A stretch of DNA of 64,000 nt, from positions 1-64,000 of the forward strand of contig KZ538554.1 in the NCBI GenBank assembly GCA_000934665.2. Direction: 5' to 3'. Of this stretch, positions 40,344 through 55,169 are shown piece by piece (the first letter of the stretch is position 1; every line of letters begins with the position of its first letter). The stretch is from Catajapyx aquilonaris. Its lineage: Eukaryota. The notes under the pieces were generated by a model, which had not been told where the DNA came from, made no database searches, and saw nothing but the letters and a program-made list of their open reading frames with translations. Both the position numbers and the translations under genes were made by a program.

Positions 40344-43039
40344 AAAAAAAACACACACCGCTTGATCGGATAAAGATGACAATCGAAGACATCATGTTGT
40401 TGGCTCCTAGGGGCGTCGCCTCTTATGCAAACATGTCCGGACGTCTTAATGTTCCTGTCTCTGGGTATTTTGTGACAGGTTCGGTGTCGTTTATTCCATT
40501 CACGGGCACGCTTGAATGAACCGAACGGGGTGGACGGGGCGTGCATTTGCATAAGGGACGTTGGCTTGTTTATGAACTATACGAATGTGCAAAAAGGTTC
40601 GTTCCAACCCGCAGTAAAGTCCTCCAAGAAGGGTGCTATCACTTTTCAGGATATTTCGCGCCCCTGTGTTTGCCAAGCGCGATGTGAAGGACCCTCGTAC
40701 GTAGGATATAGGCCGGGGGAGTGGAAAGAGGGAAAGGGGAAATTCCCCCGCTCCTTCCCCCAGCAGATGCAAATGGGGATTTGCAACGCTTTCTCGTTGG
40801 GCCCCCAGAAAGCGAGGTAATGACAGTGATTTACCCCGAATGGGAATATTAGGGAGGTGATTTGAAAGGGGTTGGGAGGATTTGAGACAGAGGAAGGGCG
40901 GCTGCATTTCCGACTCTCCCCTTCTATCTCTGATTCACTCTCATCTGCTGCCGACCTGCCCTCCAATTTCCCAAATGAACTCGTTGCCAAGATTTTTCAC
41001 GGCATACACGGCATACGTCATCATCTGCGGCGGCCAAACCAGCCCCTATGAATGTTACAGCTCCTAGGGGCTGTAAGGGGGGGAAAAGCGGGAATAATAT
41101 GGAAGGTAGGATCAAAAAAATACACCATGCTACCGGCACCACAAAAGAGATGAAATTGACTTTGCATAGTTGGATATATATGGTATATATTCGCAACCCC
41201 CATGCCGCCATATCGATCTTTGCTTTTTTTTCCGGGGCCTTTCCCTCCGGATTCAAAAAGTTTCCTAATGGCATTTCCTCTTGGCGCAAACAACCGGAGT
41301 ACTCCTCGGTATTAAATTACTGGATGGTGCGAGTGTCAGGTGTTGCTGCGGGCCTTTACAGCCGCGTAAAATTGCATTTGTAACGGAGGAATTAGGGGGC
41401 AGTGACAAGTGGGGGAATTGACATTTTGTGAGCGTGATATTTTCCACAATGCGGGAGTCATAAGAGCGTTTTCCGCGCGCTGATTCCGGACCTTTTCAAA
41501 AAAAAAAAAAAAAAAGTCATCCCGATCTCATGCAGTTTGGGTTGGAAAGCCGGCTGTTTCACGTCTTCCTGACGTCTTCATCATGTTTATGGCACAATTA
41601 GTAGTCGAGTCGGATGAGGCATGCGCTTGGAAGTATCATAAATTGCGGCTGACGCGGGGTCGGTCTCCTTTCCTAGGCCGAGCCCATCCTTTTGCTCCTT
41701 TTCCTCAGCCGCAAATCATAGGTCTGGATGATTCCACTCGGGGGATGGAAAAAAAAGTGGTCATTCGCAGCTAGCGTACAACTCAGGCCACTTTGCGCCT
41801 TGCTCTTGCCACCGCACTGGATCAACCCTGCCACTTTACCCACCTCGGATAACACGACACTGCTGCTACTGCCCTCTTACCCGCTGGATCCCATATCACA
41901 AATGCGGACCACGCTCTCAGGCTGGGGAAATGAACGTGTCCTAGCTTGGACATGGGTCCAACAAGAGGTGGGGCTAGCAAAGCAAGTCAACATCGCACCG
42001 CTTTTCGAGTAATTAACGCTCTTCATTTTAGAGTCATTTTTTTCTGGTAGTGTGAACATACACTGACATGTGAGCGAATTATATGGTACGGAAAAATTCA
42101 TTTTGGAAGGAAGGAAGGAAGGCGGCATGCATTTCATGATGTGTGTGTCTGGCGTGATATGTATAGCTAGCAGATTTGGAAAAAATCAATGGCGATATCT
42201 TGCACACCTACATGCACCACGTAAAGTGATGGACTGCACTGTAGGGGTTTTGCAGTGCATTGCCATCTAAAGATAACTTTGAGGGGCACCGTCATGTTAG
42301 AACCCTTCCCACATGCACGAAGTCACGATTTTAAAACCCTCGTTGCACGAAACGATGTGAAACGATGTGAACTATCCTCTATTTATGTTAATCCTATTTC
42401 CATAATTTTTTGGCCTTATAGAGTTTTTGGGATGCGAAGTTCAGTATCTGCGATGTTTTTAAAAATCAACACAAACATAAATATCAAAACGAAATTCCGC
42501 AATTCAAAGCAAGCAGTACTCGGTAAAAAAAAAAGTTAGTTTATTGCACTAAAGCATAGCTATAGGCAACAAAAATCTGGCACAGCTCATTATAAACCAA
42601 TAATAAACTAATACAAAGTCCAACTGAAAAACAATTTCTTTACGAAAGAAGTAGATGCGGATACTAACACCGTGGAAAGAGTGGATATACTGTTGTAATC
42701 GACTGAGCCTTTCTTTTCCGCTCTACTGCACCAGAGACTTTCGGAGTTTCATCCTCGAGGTAAGCTAACCCATGAGCTTCTCTTGTTCATGTTTTGCATA
42801 TCTTTCGGGGGGAAAGCTCTTCCATGAAAATGCATCGCAATAAGGATTATTCTAGGAAATACACAATTTCAGGCAGGGATGGGAGCAAAAATGACTGCCG
42901 TAGAAAACTGAAAATGGGTAGGAGTTTAGACATACATTGTAAGCAATATCAGACCGTTCTCCAAATTCCAAGCACTGCTTCCAACGACATATAGAAAAAA
43001 TTACGCCCAAAACACGTTTCGGTGTGTGTGGGTTAATAT

Positions 43040-43280
43040 TTATCCTCCTAGTCCGCCTCCCCAGTGAACGAACTAGACGCAAGAGTGGCACTTAAAATAA
43101 GGATAAAATAATGCCCCGTACAAGTTATCCTCAAATTTAGACTCCCCGTTAAACAAGACTGACGCATGGGTGGCCCTTAATAATCAGGATAAGGCATCCC
43201 ATTTACTCATATTTATCCTCGTATTTATACTTCCCGTTAAGCAAGAGTGCCATATGGGTGGCTCTGAATATTCAGGATAA
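43040..43280. repeat. Three diverged ~68-bp units, each bounded by TTATCCT...AGGATAA, separated by 18-20-bp unrelated spacers
   Basis: Units at 43040-43106, 43125-43192 and 43213-43280 share T(C/T)CCC(GTTAA)...G(G/A)GTGGC cores; the period is about 87 bp. Confidence 0.75.
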
Positions 43281-46200
43281 ATGCGGAGTTAACGTTGCAA
43301 ACATCATGCAAAGTGCCATGCAAAAGCCATCCCCCAGCCCTAATTATGGTGTATTTCAGGCCGACGATTATGCTTGGCTGCGGGATCCTCCAACCAGTAA
43401 GAAACACCCCGTGTATATACAGTATGTGTCATCACCCACCATCCAATATTCGGCTTTCGACCAATTATTTTTACTCCAAGCCCTTCATTTACTGGACTAG
43501 ATATTATATAGCAATATTTGAAGAGGGTGTAGCCTACCAAACCACATATTAATTTCGTTAAAAAAAACTACCGACTATAACTTACAGCAGTTGAACTACA
43601 ATACTTGGGCAGCTTCATGAATAAGACTGACCGATTGAGGATAAAATTGAAAGCTTGAAGCACATGTTCTTGGCAGTGCAATAAACTTCAAAAAGCGGCT
43701 GTCGAGCTACTCAATAAGGTACGTAATCCAAGCCAGATCTTTACGCTGTGGATGGCCAAATGAGTAAAGCATATATGGTTCCGAGACTTTGATCCTACTG
43801 CCTGGAAAATGTAAATCTCGAGTGACTTTGACAACCTATACTTTTTTCCTTTTGCGAGCACAGCCCTGGAGAGAGATTACAACCAGAACCAGGTATCAAA
43901 GAAAAGTCCTGGCAAAAAAAGGCAAGGGAGTTTACATAGGCCTAGAGCCAAGAAGAGGAAGGAGTACCGGTAGAAAAGGCCGGCAGAATGAGATGCCTAA
44001 CTAGGAAGAACGAAAATCATGTGAGGAAAGAGGAAAACATGAGAGTCTTCTCTGCTGGCCGGGCTTTGGAAGAAAAGAATCCACGTTGTCAGCACGCGAC
44101 TGGAACAGGAATTCGATTCTGAGTCTTCCTTCTTCCGCCCTTTTTCCTCCTTACCCCTTTACCATAATATTGGATTCCGATCAGGAAGCCAAGTTTAGTT
44201 TGGGGAAACGTGCCGGAGGCTTTTTTTCTTTGACTTTCGGGGTCAAGGAAGCCTCGATTGAGGTATACTAGAACTACTAAGATTTATGCTTATACATACC
44301 TATATTACATGTGCTTTTTTTAATGAGAGAAGTTTATAGGTAGGTCCATATAAAGTAAATATTAATTAGTAGCCTGGGTGAAGTCAAAAGTAATCCTAAT
44401 AAAAAATTCAAACAGCATCAAGCTAATTTACGTGGTGCAAAATCTCATTTTAATTAAAGTCATTATTACCACTATCCTGCAAAAAATGGGGCATTTGCAT
44501 ACTGTAGGTGTGGGATATATATACTGTAAAAAGTCAAATGTAAATAAAATCACAGTTCTACCATATAAGATTTTTCTGATGTTTACTTTGCTGAGAGTGT
44601 ATGTGTACCTAATCCTGATGCCTGTCTGGATTACCCCGCTACTTTAAAAAAATCAATTAGACTTAGTCCCTGTATACTATATGCTACTGTATATATTTTG
44701 TAACTCCACTTGCGTCTGAACAACATCAACTACGTGCTAGGTGACAAGAAAGGGGCAATCAACATAATATCCTGGAGGGACTCTCCGTACAGGATATCAC
44801 ACCACAGTAAATTGTAAATGATCCTCTTTTTATATACTAGCAGAATACGTCGACTACTAATTACAACTCCACACTTTTTACGCTATGTGAACGAGCATGA
44901 TTCGAAAAAATTCCAAAACTTGTGCAGGTGGCAAATACGACTTAATTTAACTGTCCAGATTCACAGTTGTTATGACTCAAGTGCATTTGTAAAAAAAAAA
45001 TCTTTTTAATGTCAAAGGTGTCCTAGTGCTACACAATCGTCACACAATCTAGCAAGGTGGAGGTTTAAAACACCACAATCACCTTTCTCAAGTGTTGGTG
45101 ATTGTATATCGCCAGGACACATTTCGCTGAAACGCATTTTGACATAACCTGCAGTACATACAGGTGCTAGGTATCAAAATATTTGGGTGTCACACTACTT
45201 CTATCTCACATTGACCATGAAATTTAACTATAACACTTTCCGGCTATAAGTCTCGCTCTACATTCTGACTCCATATGATATAATTTGGAACATGTTCCTG
45301 GCGACACAAAACTGCCAGCTCGCGTTCAAAGGGGCTCACATTGTTGAAAGCACCGTGTATAGATACCACGTAATTATTTGCCAGACAGCTACTAATTTGC
45401 ACCTCACTTTTAATGCTAATTTCATACCAGTGACATTAAGTCATCATGTCATCCTATAAAACGTCGATGTAAGTTCCCCCAAAAATGGCAGGACATAACG
45501 CCAGGCAGGGTGCGAAACCCAGCTAGCTCGACCCCGGCTTTAAATTGGTGATTGCATATAAAACACTCCGCATTGTAAAACCCTAGCCATGATGGACAAC
45601 CTATGGCAGTAAGCCACGTGGCAGGGTCCGGAATTAATTTGACAGCAGCTCCCCTACCATAACAGGAAACACTGATGAAGAATAGTGGCAGGGGTGGGAG
45701 GGGGGACAATATCGCGGTGCCCACATCTTGCTTTATCGCCCCTTTCCCCATGTTGGCAAGCAGCGTTTATGAGCGGCAGCCCCCAATATTAGTAGAATCC
45801 CTTATACTTTTTTGTTGCTCTTAAGTGCGGGGGCGTTGTGGAGGGAGCCATGAAAACACCCCTCTTTCACCTTTTGCATTCCACGTGGCTTCTCTGCAAG
45901 CAGAAATTAGCTCGTGTTGGGGACAAGTCGTAATTTTCACTCGCCAGCGACACGTATTAGACGCTGTAATATTCCCTCTTCCTCCCCTCCTTCCTTCCTT
46001 CCTTAGCATTAAGTAGGGAGGGTCTGGGGAGGGAGTTTCGCACTGGAATGGGGGGAATGGGCCTACGTTTTCTACCATGGGAGAACAAGAGCGTCGTCAC
46101 TCTGTCTTTAATGCCTTACCAGCCTAATGGCATGGGGAAAGCTTATCCTACTAGGACGTCGATGCCATTTTTTATGTGAAATGGAGAAGCAAATAGGCGG

Positions 46201-47632
46201 AATGGATAAATGTAGACGGCTCAAATAATCCGGATGAATAAATAATGTGGTGTAGAGGGGGCGTCAAGAAGGGCGAATAAAGGCATTTCGCGTCATTTCA
46301 TGCGCCGAAAAATCAGGTGTAGTTTGCAAATTTGCAAAAAGATTTACTGCTGCTAGGCGGAAATTACACTTCCTTAGGAAGTTGTGATGCAAGAGTAAGA
46401 CAGGGAAAAAAATAAATAGAAGCGGAAAAAAGGGAGTCTGCAAGTTGCCATGTTGGAAGAAAGCGTATTTCATCTGCGCAGCAGCAGGAAAACTGTTTAT
46501 TTATTTATTATCTCTGACAGCTTGTGAAATGTGGTCTTCCTCCCAGCATTTTAAGTTTGTACATATTTCAAAAAGTTGTCCCCTGCAATATTTCATCTTA
46601 ATTATGTTCGATTTTCCCCTCTGAGCAGATATATACGGTATATATACTGTATATATATATATTTTTTGAAACAGGCTTCCTGCAGAAAACTTTTATGGCG
46701 TGAGATTTAAAAGGTCCCGGACAAGAACTTGTGAAATCTGGACACGCCCCAGACAAAGTGTGTTTTCGGATGTAGCTGTAGGGAGGGAGATGGGGAGGGG
46801 GGCTTGGGGAGTGGGAGGGATATGCCGGGCGATAGACTAGAAAATCCCCGAGGCTATGGAAGCGGGTATTAATCTTGCATTAGCCGCGGTTGTTAGCTGA
46901 AACCGAGATTCGTTGCTGCGGTGGCCAGAGTGGGAGTAATTTACAGGTCGGATCCTCGCTGCTGATCGCCATTTATCATTAAGTGGAAACACACATGCGC
47001 ATGTCAAGGCCCCAATTTTTATGCGCCACACTCTGTAGCCTACCACACTCCAAGAGTGACTGGGTCCAAAAACAACCCGGTTACAGCTTTCAACCACGCC
47101 CGGCTTCGGTGAAATATGAGGGACAGAAAAATATGTCGCTGCATATGTTTTCAGTGCGCTATAGGCGTCAAAATAACGCAATCTCACATAGTCATGTGCA
47201 GGGAGGCGAGACTAAATGTCCAAGAGTGTCAGGCTTTCCAAGATGGTTGATGAAAGTGACTGCGACGAATGAATAGGGTTCTTTCATCTCCAAAAAGAGA
47301 CTAGTGTGTATAGTAGATAGTCACTTCAAGGACCCACTGATGGTGGGCAATCGAGTGTTTCCCGGTTCCAGACCTAAAATCGACACACTGACGTATATTG
47401 CGGTGCAATGTCGAGTTTTACGAAAAAAATAGAGACGGTGGGACTCGAGCACACAGCCAGGCTTTATACTGTACGTGCTATTTCAGCCGTACTCCTTTTG
47501 AATTCTAGTGCAGTATAATAATATCATTTCCAATGATCATGCTGGGAAATTTTGCCAGGATGTCCCATGGCACAACTGCAAAAATAGCTAAACAAGAAAC
47601 CATATTGCAGCCAGAATATTGGTAAGGAAAAA

Positions 47633-47699
47633 GCAACACTGTCCTACTTCTAAGCCAACAAACGCAGCGTTTGTTGGCTTAGAAGTAGGACAGTGTTGC
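47633..47699. repeat. Perfect 67-bp palindrome (33-bp arms, 1-nt centre)
   Basis: GCAACACTGTCCTACTTCTAAGCCAACAAACGC-A-GCGTTTGTTGGCTTAGAAGTAGGACAGTGTTGC. Confidence 0.95.
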
Positions 47700-50600
47700 A
47701 TCAGTTCACAATAACACATTTTGGAATTTACAGTCGGACATAACATTGTACCTTTTCAAACGCGGCCATACGTCACATTCTGCGCATGAGGAAAACACAT
47801 TAAAAGGGAAACGGATTATACTGTTTCAATGGGTGTGCATTTGCTCAGAATTATGAAATTAAACTGCAGGATGAGCCTATTTAACCCTCATCCCGAAATT
47901 CCAACTCTGCCTCTACTTTTCCCATGTATGAAATTATATTCGAAATGAGTCCAGCAGTGTGCAATTCACTTGTATCTTATGATAAGCAGGCTATATATTA
48001 GTCCAGGTATTGGTTCAGAATTCTGAAGGTTAATCCTGGACTTGATGGTCAGTATCAGAGTTAAAGAATGTACGACAATGCGGAAAATACCCGTCAAGAA
48101 AGTATTTTCGATATGTCCAAGATATTAAAAAAGAGAGAGAGAGAGAGAGGGAGTTGGCCATCGAGCTGCTAATCTGGCCAAAGAGTAAGATCCAGCTCGT
48201 CTGCCATTTTTACGGGCCTTTTATTGACTTTACACGGCTAACGGCGTCATAAGGTTGGGCGCTTGTGCCAAAATCGCCTCTCGCCAACTGATTGCCTTTC
48301 CGCACTTTTGGCGGTGGCAAACGCGATTCCGGGAGGAAAAGGGCCAGGGTTGAGTCATGTCATAGCTGACAAGAATCACCATTTTATATTAGTTAGACCC
48401 TTGTCCTTTTCCATTCTGAAGTGCAGGGTGCGGGAAAGGGCAACACCAAAAAATGATCTGGGGGTGCTGGAATTATCCTGGAACAGGCTCAGGAAATTTG
48501 TTTCGAATTTTTCTCTCCAGGAGATAAACTGTGTTCACAGTGGTGTAACTCATTTTCACTGCCACACTTGAACGAGGATCTACAACTTTGGAGGAAAAAG
48601 AAGACCCTTGTATGTAATAAATTTCTACCTGCCTCTGGCAGGATATTCGAAATGGTTGTGCATTCATAGAAGAGGAGAAGAAGGGTAGTAGAAGTTTCGC
48701 TCTACCAGAATTGGAAAATATATTATGCAAGTGCTTGGAATGGCACATTTCATTCTTATAAATTTCTACGGATAAACTATATTTGACAACAAATTATTGC
48801 GAGTAATTCTATGCTGGTTCAGTTGAAGCTTTCTTTTTCTTTTCTTTTTTGCGTTAATATTAATAAATTCTCGACTATATCCTACACCTGCGGTATATGC
48901 GTAGCATGTGCAGGGTGCACTGCAAATCCCCAGTTCAAGGAAAGAAGTTTAGCTATGTTATGTTTAGTCCAGGAACCAGTTTAAAGAGAAGAGACGACAC
49001 AAATTCTGTGGCCCTGGTAGTTGCTTCCAGCAGGTTTCTTCTCTTTAAACTGGTTGCTACAGTAAACAATCCACATAACATTTCCCATTCCCCTACCCTC
49101 CCAAACTTGAAGTGGAGACCTGGGAAGTGTACCACCCTGCACAAAGAAGTTAGCATAAAAACTCGGAATATTTGGCAGGTGAGTCTCTGAGCACGCATAA
49201 TCTAGTTCAAAGCTATCTGATACTGACATTTTAATATTCGAATGCGTCGCGTATATGTTGCAGATTTCGCATCTGTATACTCGTAATATACAGCGTGTTT
49301 CAGATGTTATCTCAATTATTGTGATAACATCCGTATGTGTAAAAATCTCGTGGCTGATGTTAATTTCCAGTCGCTCCTGTCATACCTCAGTGCCTTCAAA
49401 TGTGACAGTGACTTACATACGAGTAAGTTACATACGTACGCATCGTTGGAAAGCCCATTCAATATGCACATAACTAAAGCAGGGGATTCAAATATTATCA
49501 TCCATATTTAATTTTAAATTCGTGTAAAATAGTGCACAAGTTAAAATTCAAGTACGTCGGGCTGCCTCGCGAATCTTTTAACAAACACAGCATGACTTGA
49601 AGCAGTTATATACTGGCTCTATTATAATTATTCTTCCCAAAGTAACTACAACCTGCCCAGGTTTATTATTGCAGCCTTCGAGTCTGAATGCATTTGCTCA
49701 ATATGAAATTCCCAACCAAATTCTGAAGCCTTCCATATAGCACGCGCTAAATTATTACGCTTGTTGTTTTCGTCGCGTTGCAGAGTTGAGCATGTTCCTA
49801 GGTGTTTGGCAATTGTTGGCAAGACAAGTGTGGCTGATCCCATTCTGTGTGACCTCTAGAGGAAAGTCAGCCATGCAGGCAGGCTTTGAATCCAGCGATG
49901 AGTCTGGCATGGGAAGAATGGCCTCCTGCGCGGGGCTCCACATCCCGGCGGACCGATATGTTAGCATGAAATAGCCACTTGGGCACCTTTCCTTGTCAAA
50001 CCTGGAGCTGAATCTGTGCAAAGCTTTCTCCAGTTGGTTCCTTTTTTCATCTGCCCACTACTGGCACCCATACATTGCTGTCAGCTGCACACTTTTGCGC
50101 AAGACTGCTTTTCCCTGATATGTATGGTTTTTCCAGAGGTTTTGGGAGTTGTTTATCTCCCCTGCCTCATTTATTTTCCACCCCTAACCCCTCTCAAACT
50201 GTGAAGGAGGTAGGAAAGGTGTTTTGAGACAGAAATATGGGCCGATTGGTGGAATGCGACTCATCAGGTATGTATGGCGTATGGTCCGAGTCACCCCGCA
50301 TTCTTACCCTAGGAAACGACATTCCCAAGGTACCAAGTCGGTAACATTTCCGCGGGATTTATGGATATATCCGTCGTGTACCTCTCTGTAACAAGACAAT
50401 GTTAATGTGCGGGGCGTGACCGTTTGTTTAGCTGGGGAATTGTGATGGGCACTGGCATCAGTCTCCGCCTACGGAAACTATTCAATATGATAACTTCTAC
50501 AACTGCATATAACATTTCTCAAAATATAGTCTATATTTCATACTAAGATTTTGATTATGAGTAGCTGGTGCTACAACAAATTTACATTTTGACAATTTTT

Positions 50601-53600
50601 GTTGTTGGAAAGAAGTTTAAATAAGTAATTACTACAAGCAGCCTAATAGTCATTACAGGTAACTTGGTATCATTTATTAGCATAAATCATTTATAACTTC
50701 TCGACAAACTTCAGAATTAGGCACACTCGGTTGATTACACAGCTAAAGCAGGGGTGATAATTGTACTGTACGGCAGTATTCCCAACTTAGTTTCCTCCCC
50801 CAGGTATTTGGTATTTCCCCCCGACTTATTTAGTATCGTACAACCTTTGCATGTGTATGCTACAATGGACATTATAAACTATCTCATAATAATCCCAAGC
50901 CTTGCATTTAGATTTACCTAACAAAAACGAGAATAGGTGGAAACAAATATATTCTATCACTTGATTTCAAAACATTGTTTGGGGTCATTTAGCTGACGTT
51001 GAATATGAATTCGTGCCCACTTATAATTTGTACTCAAACGTATTAACTGTATGTCAAAAAATGTTTCAGAAAAATGGCTCTCCCCTGTCGCTACACAACC
51101 ACCAGCACTGCAGAAGAGAAAGATTTGTTTTCTCTCTCTCTTGCTGGAGTGCTGATGGTGGCATGGTACAAGGATAAGCTTGTTCAAAACTTTTTTGACA
51201 TTACAAAATTGCTAATTATGTGAAGTCATTTTCATTACACGATTAATGATTCCTTGAAAATCGTTACAAAAAAGACTTGCAAGTTTTTGATACACAGTTT
51301 CAATATAATATTATTGTAAATTTTTGTGGAATTTTATTGGAAACTCTCGATTTTTTTGTTTAAAATACATACGCACTAATTACTGCAACTAATAGGTTAG
51401 CAGTAATGCAGCCGACAAGGCGGATACAAAAAGTACCACACTGTTATGCACAGGTAGCAAAACTCTAGCCCTCGATATACGAATAGCAAAAAAAGAGGTG
51501 CTGCACTCCCAGCCCCGTCTGGGTGCAATGTTCTCAAAAAACGCCAACTGGGCCTTTTTAGCAAATGGAAAAATGGCCGAAAGGAGCAATAGAAGCGCGA
51601 ATCCAGTGCAAGAGTTGGCCCAGGGCACCAGCAGTGGCCTCAGGGCCATTTCGTTCGCACCAATTTCCAACCCCTCCTCTGTACAAAAAAGGCCAATTGC
51701 GATATGTTCTCTTTTTTAGGAGGTTGTTTGGTGGTGAAAAGCAACGTGTAGGTATGTAAGCCGTATAATAATGAATGGAGGTTCTCCTTATATATTTTTT
51801 TCTCTCATTTCTTTTCTTTCCTTCCCGAACACTTGGCGTCTTCTGACAGCAGCTTGGCCTTGACTGACCTCCGCTACGTAAGGCGGAGTTTAGGTCTGCG
51901 GGGCGTGGAACGCTCAGGTCACAGGACCTTCAGATCTATAGCTGGTCGCCTAGATACTTTTCTTCTCCCTGCCTTTTATTTTCTTCCTATTTTTGTCCCT
52001 TTTTGTTTCTTTGTCTCATCCGGGCGGAAGTGGATCACCTTGAACCAAAGAGATATCCGTTGGAACACCCTGCCACTTACACCCTCTGCCACTTGGAACT
52101 GCCAAACTCGGTAGAATTCTCTCCAGGATTGGCAAAAAAATAGCCAGAGAGCTTTTTTATGCGGCCTGATATCTCCCGCCAGAGCGTGTGAAACACAAAT
52201 CCGGGAAAAGGCCCACATTTTGCCGAAATTATACTGGGGACCCACACACCCTGGGGAGTCTCGCATGCAAAACACATGAGTCACTTTGACTCCCACTTTA
52301 ATGTAAATATTTTGCTAACAGTTCCCCGATGAGTTTACTTTCCTACACTAACGTCCACCCCCGGCTTGATCCTTCTACACTTTTCCCCCAAAAAGTTGGA
52401 GGCGATGCATTATACACAGGGATCCCTACTTAATAAGTTGCTTAATGCTGGAATGAAATTCAGCAGGGGCATTAGGCCTTTGCTGTTCATCCTCGGGCTT
52501 AGTGCCACTGCAGACATCAGATGGTGGACTTTTCGCCCCCCTGCCTTCTCTTCTAAAGACAACAGAAGGCGACTCCAGGGGGGATGTTGATGTGCTTTTC
52601 TAAGCCCCTGGTAGCCAACACTACACTAGGAGGAAGCGAACTTCAAAGGGTATTCACCACGCTTAATGTGGTCATTATTACAAATAATAGGCGCGCTCGA
52701 GTACACAAAGTTTTGAATCGATCCCAGGCACGTGGACCGGAGTGAGAGAATATCACGGTAATCAATCAAAAGAGCCTTGCTCCTTGATTCAAATTATTTG
52801 AGTCCACCAACTGCAGGGATAACTTTCCCCTCAGCGGGAGGAGAGTTGCTGAGTCAAGACTTTGATGGATGGTAATCACTTGGAAACTAGTGGGTGAATT
52901 TATAAATGGAACGCGACTGACATTGACAACTCTAGAATTTCTACCTGGCAAAAATCAGTCGGGTCTATCTCCGCATCTGTGCTCAGCAGTCGCCAAATCA
53001 ACAACCCTCTCTTGGGCTCCTCCTGGGCCTGAATGGTCTTGGGCTCTCCTTGGACAGGCATTTCCTTTGGAAATGGAGCTGTGGCAATGGCGGGCACTTG
53101 GTGAGGCCCGGCACGTCCCCCAATGCAAGGCCATTAGAGCTGACAATCTCCGCGAGAAATTGCCTCTTTGAAAATGCAGATTTTGTTGCGCGGGGCGGGG
53201 ACGGGACGGAGCCCATACTTTTTCCCAGTAGGCAAATGTGTTAATCCCCTGTATGCGATACGGGGCCGGGGTTTTGTGATGGCAGTGCGCTAATCTCGTT
53301 TGATCGCCTCTTATTTTATCGCCTTCTCTACCTAACTCAATTACGGGCCTCCGACGTCCTCCAGCCATATTTTATCAGGACCTGATGCGAGCTTCAAATT
53401 AAGGCCAGGCTGCAGGAGCGATTCCAGGGGAATCTTTTCGGCTCCCCGCAGATGGCTTCGGATTCACAAGGAAGCCGTAATCGCCTACTTGAAAGAACGA
53501 ATGGCCATTTCAACCTATTGTTGGACTACTATTGGCTTACTAGACAGATGTTCCAATATCGGGTTCAGACCGCATTTATATCACTTTGTCACTCAATTCC

Positions 53601-55090
53601 TTTCTAATCACGTCAAAGAAGTCAAAATGGTTCATTCCGACTTGAAGAATGGTGGAGGAGCTATTATTCTCAACAAACAACTGCTGGGCCAACTCGGATA
53701 ATTTTGGTCAAATGACCTTAATTTCCGCTTTATCCGTCCTCTTTCCAAAGGCTATTGGGTAATTTGCATATGACAACTGCAATGGGCTAATAATACAGGA
53801 CAAGCTACTATACCCCAAAATATTTTAAAATGCATAATTTTTGTTATTACTTATTAGCATCTAGTTCTGCATATAAGTTAACAAAAACACTGACTCTCCC
53901 ATGTTATATGACTCGCAACATGTAGGCATCATAACCCACAATATATCGCAGCTGCAATCTTCTCATTTTTACACGCCTGAAAACACCTTTCTCGGAATTA
54001 GACCTCATAAGATATCTCGTGAGACATATTTGTGCCATCTAATTCGTGTAACGTACATTTACCTAGGTCTAGCATCACCTGGGACAGTGCAAAGTACCGT
54101 AAGGAGATGCCATTATCGCGCCAGGGTGTCTAAGGAAATGTCCCGCTGCGCTGTCATTACCATATATCTGCTCTAAAGTACGAATAGCTTCCGTCCTTCT
54201 TTTTTTTTTAATTTTTCGACTTTCCCAGAGCTCATACCGTCCGCCCATTATGCAGGATCCCCGTCTCCTTTTCTTCATTCCACTCTTTCCGCGCTTTCTT
54301 TGCTGAAATCGTACTCGAATGGAATATTTTAATTGCGTTCGTTTTTCTTCTGTCCTATAGGTAAAGCAGTTCTCTTGAGAGAGTTTATATAAAATTTTAT
54401 TTCCTCCGTGAAAACTGTATAAAATGTCTGTAGATAGTTCAGCCTATAGTTTATTCGAGCCAGTATCACGACAGATTTCGCGGTGGAAACAGCGTACCAC
54501 AAGAGACTTTCACGGCTGCATCTCTTGATATTTTTTTGTTGTTTCTTACGATTTTTTTTTGTGGCCACTCGAACGTCGGCACTCATGTGGCATAAATCAC
54601 GCTTGGATTAATTCGTGACTAGGTATTAACAAAAAATGTTCATTGTATGCCTGCCATTCGGTCACCAGATATAATTATTCTCCATGAAACACGCAGGCTT
54701 GGAAATAGGACTAAGCATCACGCACTTACTGAGATAATGCCAAGTGTAAGAAGAAAATGCACGTTACAAGCAGCTTCACTTTGGGCGTTCCAGGCTGGGC
54801 TATCTAAAAGTATTTTGAATAACCGACAACAACAAAAAAACAAGTACAATGAAAGCATTCTTGTTAACACTGCTCCGCTTTTTCTGACAGCACCTGGATG
54901 ACCCTTGTTGACACACCCTGAATATGGCAGCATGTCTGTCTGACAGACCCTCTGCAGTCAGTCTAAGGTCTACCTCAGTTAGAGACAGACAACGTGTCAC
55001 ATATGACGAGGAGAAAGGTGCGAGGACAGCGTGCAACTGGCTGTTTCCAGCCATAAAGGTGGTGGAAAAGGGGGTAAAACACCCGATTAC

Positions 55091-55169
55091 CGAGGTACTG
55101 CTGGAAGTCGTGCGGGTCTTTGCTGGTGTAATTAGGAGAGCGGATAGCTTTTGATCGAAATGAAGAGGT
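55091..55169 (-). CDS. Probable ectodomain exon, TSSFRSKAIRSPNYTSKDPHDFQQYL(E)
   Basis: Acceptor ccttcctcctctgctctgctgcag and donor TCG|gtaatc; 79 nt. Phase 0 in and phase 1 out match the TM exon, and it contains an N-Y-T sequon. A second frame is also open, so the reading is not certain. Confidence 0.5.

Noticed and set aside
43040..43280. CRISPR array
   Set aside because: Eukaryotic context, repeats too long and diverged, spacers too short, and no cas genes.
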